Below, in pieces: positions 49,086 to 59,164 of a stretch of DNA of 64,000 nucleotides. The stretch comes from Thalia democratica (taxonomy: Eukaryota). The DNA is taken from assembly GCA_965202585.1 (NCBI GenBank), contig OZ241834.1, forward strand, positions 23,498,001 through 23,562,000, written 5' to 3'. Every line of letters starts with the position of its first letter. The stretch's first letter is position 1. The notes under the pieces are model-generated. The model worked only from the letters and a program-made list of their open reading frames with translations, did no database searches and was not told the DNA's origin. Made by a program: the position numbers and the translations under genes.

Positions 49086-51643
49086 GTATGATTTTCACCT
49101 TGCAAGACGCACGCGCATTTTGTTTGTCTTTTATTATGACGACACATAATGGAAGGTTTGAGCGAAGTTTGCTCGAATTTCCCTTTTTAATATTGATATT
49201 CAGTATTTGTTTAGTGTTTGTGTTTGGCAATTACATAAATTAATAGCGCGTTACACTAACAACCAAACATTAGTATGTGATGTTACATGGTTTTTTAATT
49301 TACTGATGATGTTTATTTTATTTTATTTTAGCTTTTTAACTTTAGTTTAATGAATATTTTCTTTTTTATAAATAGTTCTAAAATATAGCAATGCTTTAAA
49401 TTTATATACAGTTATGAAAAAAAATTGTTTAATTATGTACGAAGATACACTGTAGTTAATTTAGTATTAAACTTTGAAAATTAATTAAACAAAAACTTAA
49501 TTTTTAGTAAAAATTTAAACTTTAAAGTTTACAAATGTAATTAAAACCTTTTTATCTAATATATATTTTATTCAATCTGCGTTATAATAAAAACTGAAAA
49601 TTTGATAAACTTTTGTTTATAAAATAGTTATCTATAGTTTTGCACTTTAGCATGTTTAAAACTATCATCTTTATGAAACGTTATAGTCACTAGAAGTAAA
49701 CTATTTCGAGTTATTCCAGCTTAGCAAAATCTTTGTCTATTTCGGAGACCATTATATATAGTTTTAATTGTTACTCTCTTTAAATTCAAACCAAAAAGTA
49801 ATTTATTGAAAACAATATTTAAGTCCAAAACATTTTTAATCGGCTTACACTACTCAATAAATTATAATACATTGTTAATATATTATTCAAGGTGGGTAGT
49901 TAAATAAAATTTTAACATCTTTTCTGCAACTTTTGTTTTCTCTGACATAAAGATAGCCTCGTAAATGTTTAAATAAACAAAGTTCAGTAATAAACAATAA
50001 ACAATATACAATGGCTAGATTAATATTTGCTTTACACTATCTATAGATTGACTGAAGTAATATTGAACTAAAACATTTTTTATGTAAATTATGACTTTAA
50101 CTAAAACTTGTTGCTTAAAATTATTAAATAAACTTGTTTTTAATTGTAGTCAATTAAGTAGAAATTACTATAATAATAAGGAACTCTAAAAATTCTGTAA
50201 CATAAAAAAAAAATAATTATAATATTTCTACTACTTACCTGTATAAGTTTAATTTAAATAAAGCTTGTATATATAAACACGAGTATAAAGTTTAGTAGAA
50301 CTATTGAATATATTAAACATATTGAAGTAGGCTAAGATAACTTGACTAAAAGTAGATGCTTATACTTAAATAAATATTTAGATGTCTAAAGTAGTACCAA
50401 AAAATGGAAGTCTGTTAAGGATAATATTTTTCATAAACATCAAATGTAGAATGCATGAACTTTGATACTTGTTTTTATGTATTTTTGTAAGTTACAACAT
50501 TAGAAAAAACTTCAAGTTTCATATGGGTATCATGAAAAAAAGAAACATATTTTAACTTTATTCGTATAATTCAGTAATTTAAATTGTACATTTGATTATA
50601 GAGCACTTAAGTGTTTTAGAAGCTGTATTAATAAAGGGGCTGCTTATGGGCAATAGGGTAGACAGGGTAAAAAAACATATAGAGAAATATACAAAACGAA
50701 TGAAAACTGATCTTTTATTTACATGAACTAAAAAGCACAAAGATACATGATAATTAAATCACACTATAAGAAACTACAGTTGAACACAAATTTTATTAAG
50801 TATCTTAGAGCTTAAACCAAATAAGCATCCTAAATCTAACGTGTTTGTAATACAACATACTAAAGCACATCGCCTTCACCAGTTACTCGAGAGATTGCAA
50901 ATAAAATGTTCGTTTAAATGCATTTCAAAATATTTAACTGCTTAAAATGAAACCATTTTATTTATTTTTATAATATTTTATTATACTTCAGAAAGACCAT
51001 TTAATGATATTTATTTTTACAAAAAATCCCATATTTATTCACACGCTTTAAAATTATAAAATGAAATGTTGATTTCATTACAAAGCTATGCAAACCAAGT
51101 ATTAATTTTTAATTTAATTATCAAAGGACTTGTTTAATATACATATTTGTCACGAAAATATAAAAAATGTGTTGTAAACTGCAACTTACACAAAAGGATT
51201 GGAAAATCTTCTCGAATACTAATAAAGACAAATGCAAAAAATTGTATACTTTAAAACCACTAAAAAGAATAATTACGAAAAAATATTTATTACAAGTTTT
51301 TTGGTTCAAAAGTTATTCTTACAAAAAGTCTTTTTAAAGTTACCTTACGTGCAAAATATATACCAAAATCTTTTTTTTTACTAGTTAACTTTGTCAACAC
51401 ATTGAAATTTGTTAGAGTAATTGTATAAGTAATTCAGTCTTATAATCTACAAAAGTTAATTTTCGCTTTTAGACTAATACTAAACAAGTATAGTTAAAAA
51501 CATCTAAAACAGTTTTAATCACAAAAATCTTTAATCAATTGTAAATTGATTTATTTAAAATAGTATTATATGTTTTGGTTTTATAAAAACAAATAAAGAG
51601 ATCTCAACTACTGGATAAAAGATACTTACATATCTTTTTAGAC

Positions 51644-51693
51644 TTATTTAAGCACTGACGAGATCTTTGACCGAAACTTAGTTTGTAAAATAA
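51644..51693 (+). ncRNA. Isolated, slightly degenerate minimal type I hammerhead ribozyme
   Basis: GCA-CTGACGA-GATC TTT GACC-GAAA-CTTAGT-T-TGT. Core boxes are intact, stem II has one mismatch, stem III is near-palindromic, and stem I extends via TTATTT/AAATAA. Confidence 0.55.
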
Positions 51694-51752
51694 ATTCTTG
51701 AAAGAATAATATCATTATTTAAAATAGTCTTAACAAATATACTAATGGTCTA

Positions 51753-51902
51753 CAGGATATCCAAAAGTGGGCGATTTTGGCTATAAGTGGGTGGGAAAAG
51801 ACTATTCAGAGCCAAAAATTTAAATGAGTAGTTATAAAAGGGAGCTAGTTTATTAAATTTCTGCCTAGTAGGCAATTATGAAAATCAGTTTTGGAAACCC
51901 TG
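51753..51902. mobile_element. 150-bp degenerate MITE
   Basis: CAGGATATCCAAAA ... TTTTGGAAACCCTG inverted ends. Confidence 0.5.
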
Positions 51903-54332
51903 GCTTACATGACCATCATAAAGTACTTCAATTGTTTTTATAAATGATTTTGACTTATCAGCTATTTCTGTACGTTTTACTAAGTTAAGCACAATCAGTT
52001 ATAAACAAAATTAGTTCTGAATTTATAAATAAATATTTTTTTGTGTTTGCGAAGAAAGAGATGCCAAACATTTTAATTAAATACACCGCTACACCAGTTT
52101 TTAATAAAACTTTGTAAATAAAACACAAAGATCACAAACAATTCATTTATTTTATTACAAAATATGAAGTTATATATAAAAAATAATAGTTTTATAAAAC
52201 CAATACTATTCCACTCAGACTTTTGACTTTGTGTTCCTTATATGATGCTTAAAAAAATTGCACCAAATTTTCTTTACTTTTTTAACATTTTTTTTTCAAG
52301 TCTTTCGGTCAATCTTTTTTGTTTACAATTTAATGTATTCCACAAATATCAAGAGTACTTACTTACAATTATGCATAACAACTTTATAAGTAAAGTTAAT
52401 TTTATTATTTGTGATAAAATGAACTAACTTGGTATAAAAAGGTAATATGTTCTCTGTACAAAAGTTTGTAAATGTAATTTAGTTACTACTTGGTTTGAAA
52501 CTCGACTGTTATAAAAGTATAACAAAATCATATATAAATTAGTTGAAGACAATCTAAATTTATTAATTTAAACAAATAATTAATAGTTGATCTAAAAACT
52601 ATAGTTAAGTTCAACAAAACAACCATCATGAATTTGTTGAGCAACGGTAAGTTAGATAACCAAGAAATAAAAGTAAAAATTTGCTTACACAACGTTGGAA
52701 ATTTATAAAAAATGTAAAAATAAAACATAAAGTCTACAGAACTTTGATGAACAAAGTACAGCAGTATAGAACTTATTTTTTGAAAAAAAAAATAAAGCTT
52801 GAAATAACAGTTTCAATTAATAAATTTAATTTAGGATTTAGCTTTAAGTAGAACACCTTTAAAAAATTCTATATAATTTAAAAAGATAAGATAAAATAAA
52901 TCGTTAAAAATAAAAGTCAGGGCACACTTAATTAAGGTGTTATAACAGTTAAAGAAAGCAACACGGTTAAATAAATCATTATCATACATCTTTTACTTTC
53001 ACATTATCCTAAAAAAATAGATTGTCAGCTGAAAAATTATACAACTTACAGGGTTAAAATGTGGATATCCAAACAGGCTGAAGAAAAGACAACTTTATTG
53101 AAATCAAAAAATTACTTAATTTTTTTTAAACAACTTTCATTGTATTAAATATAGACTATATACTCATTTTTTGAAACGCACAACTGTTTTTTTTAGATTT
53201 TTACAATTAAATCGTTGTCACAATAAATTTCTAAATATTCGATTTTTTATCTTCAGGAATAATCTTTGTTGTTCGAAATTTGAGTCGTTCACATACTGCA
53301 TTTGTACTAACTATATTGTAATTCAACTTTAATATAACATGTTAAAAATATCTTATTTTTCTGTATTTCAAAGCAAATGAGTATCAAGCCTATAATTCAT
53401 GTTTGACAAACAAGACTTGTTATACATTTATCCTACACTGAAAATCTAACTTATGCTTAAAATGTAAACGAAACAATATCCGTACATTTTCTACAACAAA
53501 ATATAATATTTTTTTTTAGAGGAAGTAAAATAGTAAAAATTCGAAGTTAGCTGGCGATTGCTTTTGATTAAAAGTGAAAAATATCTTATCTTTTGCAAAC
53601 TTAAATCTATTTACTACAAAGTATAAAATATTTTTATATTTCTCTTAACTTATCTACATCTTTTTTAGTATTTGATTCAAGTATTGTACTAGAGTTCTAC
53701 AACTGTACTGTTAAAGATAAATACTTAATTGAATTTTGATTGTAAAAGGAAAGAAGAAACATATTTTATTGTTTTAATCTAATTATAGTTAAACAATTTA
53801 CAGTTGCAAAATAAACTGATTTATTTTAAAAAACACTTTTGTTTTATACTCAAGGAAAAAAAAACACAAAATTTTCATAACATATAATAATTAAAATTAA
53901 ACATTTAATCAATCAAAAATATAACCACCTTAAACTAGCATTGTATTAGGATTTTAGGTAAATATTAATAATATTAAACACACAGCAAAGTTCAATGCTG
54001 TAGGCATGTATTTAAGAAAAAAAGATACTCAAGCTTTGCTTCAATGAAAGTTCAAGATATAAAATAATGCTTAAGATGCTTTTTGTTTGAGCTTATTCCG
54101 AAACCTTTATGTATTAGAAAGTATTTTAAAGCAAGAAGTTTACCAAAAGAATTGAACTTAATATAGTATACAGAAGATGGTTTATTGTTAAATCAGAATA
54201 AAAAAATGATACTAGAACTTAATTTTTATGTTTCGCTAATATTTTTCAACAAAAAAAGGCTAACATCACAGAGGGGCTTAATTTTTTTTTTTATAAATTT
54301 TATTTTTAAACATAAAACAAGTCTTTTTCAAC

Positions 54333-54369
54333 AACACATATATATTTCAACAATTTTCTTCAGTGTGAT
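54333..54369 (-). ncRNA. Minimal type I hammerhead ribozyme in the left pLTR
   Basis: The reverse strand reads CACA-CTGAAGA-AAATTGTT-GAA-ATATAT-A-TGTG. Confidence 0.7.
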
Positions 54370-54537
54370 TACAATTGTAACAAGGTAAAACAAATTTTAA
54401 ACTTATATAGCCTTTTTAATTATATGAGAAATTATCAATTAATTAGCAAAAAAACCCTAAACTATAACAAAAAAAAAATTAAAAACAACAAGGAAAACGT
54501 AATTAACTGTAACAATTTAAAACAAAACAAAATTAGT

Positions 54538-55557
54538 CTAATTAAACAAGGATAATGAGTAATCAAATTCTCTTTGTTTGCATAATTCTGGCTTGTTTAA
54601 GTGAATATAAATAGCTTCTATTTTAATTAAATCAAAAATGTTCGTGCAACTTCTTAAAACTTTGAACTTTGTCTCACTGTAATTATTACCACATTTAGGA
54701 TTTTTTACTAAGTGCTCTGAAATTGATGATCTTTTTGTTGCGTTTAAGGTTGCATTACTCATTTTCTTCGGTTGATTTTTGATATGGTCTTTCACGCACT
54801 TAGGTACGTGCTCTTTTATTCTTGTTTCTAAATGCCTAGAAGTTTGTCCTATATAGCTGTTTGCGCAACAGCATTTATACGTGTATACCACGCAACTTTT
54901 GTGTTTGTAGGATATTAGATCTTTACCTCTAGGATTTAGGATAGCAGTAGAAGTAAAAATTACTCTTGGTTTAGAAGCATGGTAAACTTTTTCTGTCATA
55001 TTCTTGATATCTCTTTCAACTTGTTTTGATTTTTCACCCACATAGGGCAAAATTAATAGAACAGGACATTTCTCTGGTCCATAAGGTTTTGTGTACTTTA
55101 GTCTTTTCAATTCAGTTTTGAATACCTTATCAATCAACGGATTAGGATATCCGTTCTTTATTAGTAATTCTTTTATAACCTTAAGTTCATTCTGAAATAC
55201 TTCTGGCGAACATATTTTATTTGCTCTATGAAATAGGGTTTTAATCAAACCAATTTTTCTTCTTTTACTGCAATATGATTGAAAGTTAAGGTATTGGCCA
55301 GTAAATGGTTTTCTGAAAATAGACGTTATGAATTTATTATCCTTTCTTTTGATTAAAACATCTAAAAATGATATTTGATCATTTTCTTCATTTTCTTTTG
55401 TAAATTTAATAGCACTATGCAAAGAGTTTAACCTCTCAAACAATAAATTACTAACTTTTACACTATCACTGATAACAAAACAATCATCCACGTATCTCAT
55501 GTACTTACAATTTGAATCGAATTCTGGTAGAACTTTGTATTCAAGATAGCCCATAAA
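54538..55557 (-). CDS. Penelope-like RT C-terminal half plus GIY-YIG endonuclease (5'-truncated, no native start)
   Basis: FMGYLE, YMRYVDDCF, IKFT.E.E....ISFLDVLI, RKP.FTGQYLNF, GYP, VVY.YKC....SYIGQTSRHL.TRIKEH, SSISEHL and IEAIYI..KPEL are PLE RT/thumb and Uri-type endonuclease motifs. Confidence 0.92.
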   Translation of the reverse strand, partial: FMGYLEYKVLPEFDSNCKYMRYVDDCFVISDSVKVSNLLFERLNSLHSAIKFTKENEENDQISFLDVLIKRKDNKFITSIFRKPFTGQYLNFQSYCSKRRKIGLIKTLFHRANKICSPEVFQNELKVIKELLIKNGYPNPLIDKVFKTELKRLKYTKPYGPEKCPVLLILPYVGEKSKQVERDIKNMTEKVYHASKPRVIFTSTAILNPRGKDLISYKHKSCVVYTYKCCCANSYIGQTSRHLETRIKEHVPKCVKDHIKNQPKKMSNATLNATKRSSISEHLVKNPKCGNNYSETKFKVLRSCTNIFDLIKIEAIYIHLNKPELCKQREFDYSLSLFN

Positions 55558-55996
55558 TAACCAATAATAAATAAAAGACCATATCAAAAATCAACCGAAG
55601 AAAATGAGTAATGCAACCTTAAACGCAACAAAAAGATCATCAATTTCAGAGCACTTAGTAAAAAATCCTAAATGTGGTAATAATTACAGTGAGACAAAGT
55701 TCAAAGTTTTAAGAAGTTGCACGAACATTTTTGATTTAATTAAAATAGAAGCTATTTATATTCACTTAAACAAGCCAGAATTATGCAAACAAAGAGAATT
55801 TGATTACTCATTATCCTTGTTTAATTAGACTAATTTTGTTTTGTTTTAAATTGTTACAGTTAATTACGTTTTCCTTGTTGTTTTTAATTTTTTTTTTGTT
55901 ATAGTTTAGGGTTTTTTTGCTAATTGATTGATAATTTCTCATATAATTAAAAAGGCTATATAAGTTTAAAATTTGTTTTACCTTGTTACAATTGTA

Positions 55997-56033
55997 ATCA
56001 CACTGAAGAAAATTGTTGAAATATATATGTGTT
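55997..56033 (+). ncRNA. Minimal type I hammerhead ribozyme in the right (inverted) pLTR
   Basis: CACA(55999-56002)-CTGAAGA-AA ATTG TT-GAA-ATATAT-A-TGTG(56028-56031). It has the CUGANGA/GAAA core, a 2-bp stem II, a palindromic stem III and an AUA cleavage triplet. Confidence 0.7.
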
Positions 56034-56577
56034 GTTGAAAAAGACTTGTTTTATGTATAAAAATTAAAATTAGCAGACATATGTTTAAAATTTTATTTTT
56101 AAAGTTAGAGAAAAGGTTAGGTTATAATAGGTGAGTGTTTCTGAATAAATATTTTCTTTTGTAGATACAAAAATCAAATTGATTTCAAAAAAGCATTATT
56201 AAAAAGCTAAAATTATTGCACTAGAATAAATGTATAAAGTTAAGGTGTTAGTATATTATCAAAAGGATTTCAATCACATAGGTCGAATTGAACTGACTAA
56301 AATTAACTAAATCACAACATCATCAGGTGTTGCATGAATTATTAGATGCATTTTCCCATTAACAATAAGTTTTCATCATCAGTTAATACAACTGGTTATA
56401 AATGCCTCATAGAATTAAATTTTTTTATAAGAAGTGCCCAAAGTTACAAAGCAGTATGCTTATTAATATATGTATTTTATTCTACAAATCTCTAAAAAAT
56501 TAAATGACGTCACTACCAAGCTCAAATGTATAAATTTTTACTTTAATTTTATTTTAACGTTGAGTATAACTCTAGAA

Positions 56578-56792
56578 CGCTCAGTTCCAACCCGCGATCA
56601 TTTCCCACCCGCACAATTACCACTTGTTCAAACCCGAGAAAAGGTTTCCGACCAAGGATAAGGGTTAGGAGTAACAGTGATAGTAAAAAAATAAATAAGA
56701 AATTAATAAAAAATAACTTATGAAGTTAATAATAAACAAACAAAGAAAACCAATAAGATTAGGTGGGAAATGTATGTAAAGCGTTGAACTGA
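56578..56792. mobile_element. HINE-like GGGTTAGG-core element inside repeat unit 1
   Basis: Inverted subterminal CATTTCCCACC/GGTGGGAAATG; core GATAAGGGTTAGGAGTAACAGTGATA, shared with 27020-27250. Confidence 0.6.
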
Positions 56793-57189
56793 ATAGTGTC
56801 GGCAGCATTGTGTATTTTGCCGGTCAATTTTTCTAGAAGAAAGTGCTCGAAGGCCGCACTGTAATTTAATTTGATAGAATGTACAGTACATAGTTTATTG
56901 ATAAGTTGAGTAACAAAAAAGTATAGTTTAAAACTGAAAATTCATTTTAATGTTTCGCTAAGACTTTTCAAGAACAAAAAAAAGGTAAACATCACAGAGG
57001 GAACTAAAAAAGCTTTTTTTTTTTTGAATTTTATTTACCAAGTAAAAGTAATAGGTTATAATAGGTGAGTGCTTCTGAATAAATATATTTTTTTTGTTGA
57101 TACAAAAATCAAATCGATTTCAAAAAAGTATTAATAAGCAGCTAAAATTATTTCAAGAGAATAAATGTATAATGAATAATGTTAAGGTA

Positions 57190-57908
57190 TAGTGCTTGTT
57201 CACTTATCCGGACACATTGGGCAAGATTTTTCTATAAACATGTCCGGATAACTAAAAATCCGGATAACTACAAAAAATATTTTTTTTCATATTATGATAA
57301 AACTGCTGCATTTAATGCAATGCATAATAAAAATGTTATGGTAAAAACAAATACATAGTAATCGTGAGTAAATAATAAAAGCTAAACTGTAGGTTAATTT
57401 ATTTTTTTTTCTATGGTAGAAAATCATCAGACTTACTAACCCTCTGCAACTTTATACGTTTTTTGAGGGTCAAGCAAGTAAAATTCATTCTACCTGCCCT
57501 AACTATTAGTTTAAAAAGATATTAATTTTTTTTAAAGAGAAGTTATAAAATAAAATAATAAATTAAATTTATCTTTAAAAACAAAAAATAATGTAAAGCT
57601 ATCTCTTTAAATCAAATAAAAGACTTTTTTTGAATTAAAAAACAGACTGAAAGAAAACGAGAAACTTTGACTAAGTTTTAAGTCAATTTAACGGAAACAA
57701 ATCACTCCTAACAAACTAGTTTCTATTGGAAGTTTTACTAAAATAAAAAATAATAGACGTTTTTTTATAGTTTTTGTACGTTTTTCAGCAGAAAACTCAT
57801 GGAATTCAAAAAATTGTGAAATTTTTTGAATGAATTTTTGTGTTTACTATTGAATATTTTTAGAATCTTTTTCTGACCGAAACTGTCCGGATAAGTGAAT
57901 AAGCACTG
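57190..57908. mobile_element. Tc1/mariner-pogo (Tigger-like) non-autonomous element with TA TSD
   Basis: TA-(T/C)AGTGCTT(G/A)TTCACTTATCCGGACA ... TGTCCGGATAAGTGAATAAGCACTG-TA. It is absent from the homologous position in repeat unit 1. Confidence 0.9.
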
Positions 57909-58336
57909 TACTTATATAATAGAAATTTATCAAAATGGTTTTAAACACATAGATCGACTTGAACTGATTTGAATAAACTAAATCACACTTTCATAAGATG
58001 TGGCATAAATGTCATATGTGTTACCATTTAAAAATACCTTTCACTACCAGTTAGTATAACTGGTCATAAATTACCCTCTTTCAGCATTATCTTCAGCTCT
58101 AATAGTCCCGGCAAGCATGGTTACTTATATAAGTTTTTGTTCTACAAATCTATGAAAATCTAAATGACGTCAATAACAAGCTAAGATGAAAATTTTTTTT
58201 TGGATTTTTTAGAACTTTTACGTTGAGTTTACGTTGAGTATAAGAAGGTGCTCGCATGTCGCACTGCAACTTGTAATATTTCAAATGTGTAAATGTTTAC
58301 TTTAATTTTTTTAAATGTTGAGTTTAATTCTGGAAT

Positions 58337-58541
58337 CGCTCAGTTCTAATCCGCGATAATTTCCCATTCGCACAATTACCACCCGATCAAATCCGAGAAA
58401 CGGTTACCGACCAAGGATAAGGGTTAGGGGTAACAGTGATAGTAAAAAATAAACAAAAAATTAATAAAAAAACTTAAAAAGATAAACAAACAAAGAAAAG
58501 CAATAAAATAGGTGGGAAAAGTAAGTATACGTTTAACTCAG
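58337..58541. mobile_element. HINE-like GGGTTAGGG-core element inside repeat unit 2
   Basis: Copy of 56578-56792 with GATAAGGGTTAGGGGTAACAGTGATA. Confidence 0.6.
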
Positions 58542-59164
58542 TAGTCGGCAGCATTTTATATTTTTCAGTTCAATTTTCCTAGAAGAAGGTGCTCGCAGCC
58601 CGAACTATAATTTAATTTCGTAGAATGTACAGTACATAGTTTATCAATAAATTGGGTAATAAAAAGAAGTACAGTCTAAAACTGAAAACGTATTTTAATG
58701 TAAGAGGAACAAAAAAAGTAAAAAGTTGTTTTTTAAGTTTTATTTAATAAGCAAAATATATATACATGAAAGGTAAGTGCTTCTGTATAAACAAATGTTT
58801 TTGTTGATAAATATAAAATAAATTTCAAAAAAGTACTATTAATAAGCTAAAGTTATTGCACTAGAGTAAAATTATTTAAGTAAAATAAAAATAATATAAA
58901 ACTCAGTATTTTTTACTAAAAAAGTACTAAACAAAGCAAACTTAAAATGTTTAAAGTTTGTTGATAAATAATAAATTTTTAAAACGAAGCGTTTCAAGTA
59001 TTTTTGAATAAGCATACCTATAACTAAAAAAAAAGACGTGTAATGAAAACGTACCTTATAAAGCGTACTATGTATTTCTATAAAGATTTAAGTTAGTTTG
59101 TAGCAAGTAGTTTTAAAATTGTACCATAAAATTCAAATAACTTAAATAATATTAAAATTTTTAG

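Larger units (their letters stand above)
54311..56056 (-). mobile_element. Penelope-like retroelement, 5'-truncated, with inverted ~480-bp pLTR-like terminal repeats
   Basis: The minus-strand RT+GIY-YIG ORF lies between near-identical inverted copies (54311-54792 versus 55574-56056) of the element's 3' end. Confidence 0.92.
56105..58870 (+). repeat. Tandem ~0.9-1.0-kb non-coding repeat units, with dispersed relatives at ~54160-54310, ~62455-62700 and ~63960-64000
   Basis: Recurrent blocks: ATAATAGGTGAGTG (56125, 57056; AAGGTAAGTG 58770), CACATAG.TCGA.TTGAACT, AAATGACGTCA (56505, 58165, 62581), TTCTAGAAGAA.GTGCTCG and TAGAATGTACAGTACATAGTTTAT. Confidence 0.8.

Noticed and set aside
53088-53110. 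CTGAAGA-AAAG ACAA CTTT-ATT-GAAA hammerhead-like motif
   Set aside because: Three extra bases separate stem II from GAAA, and there is no stem I or stem III.
55604-55828. 74-aa ORF as a separate gene
   Set aside because: It is an exact inverted duplicate of the PLE endonuclease C-terminus within the right pLTR.
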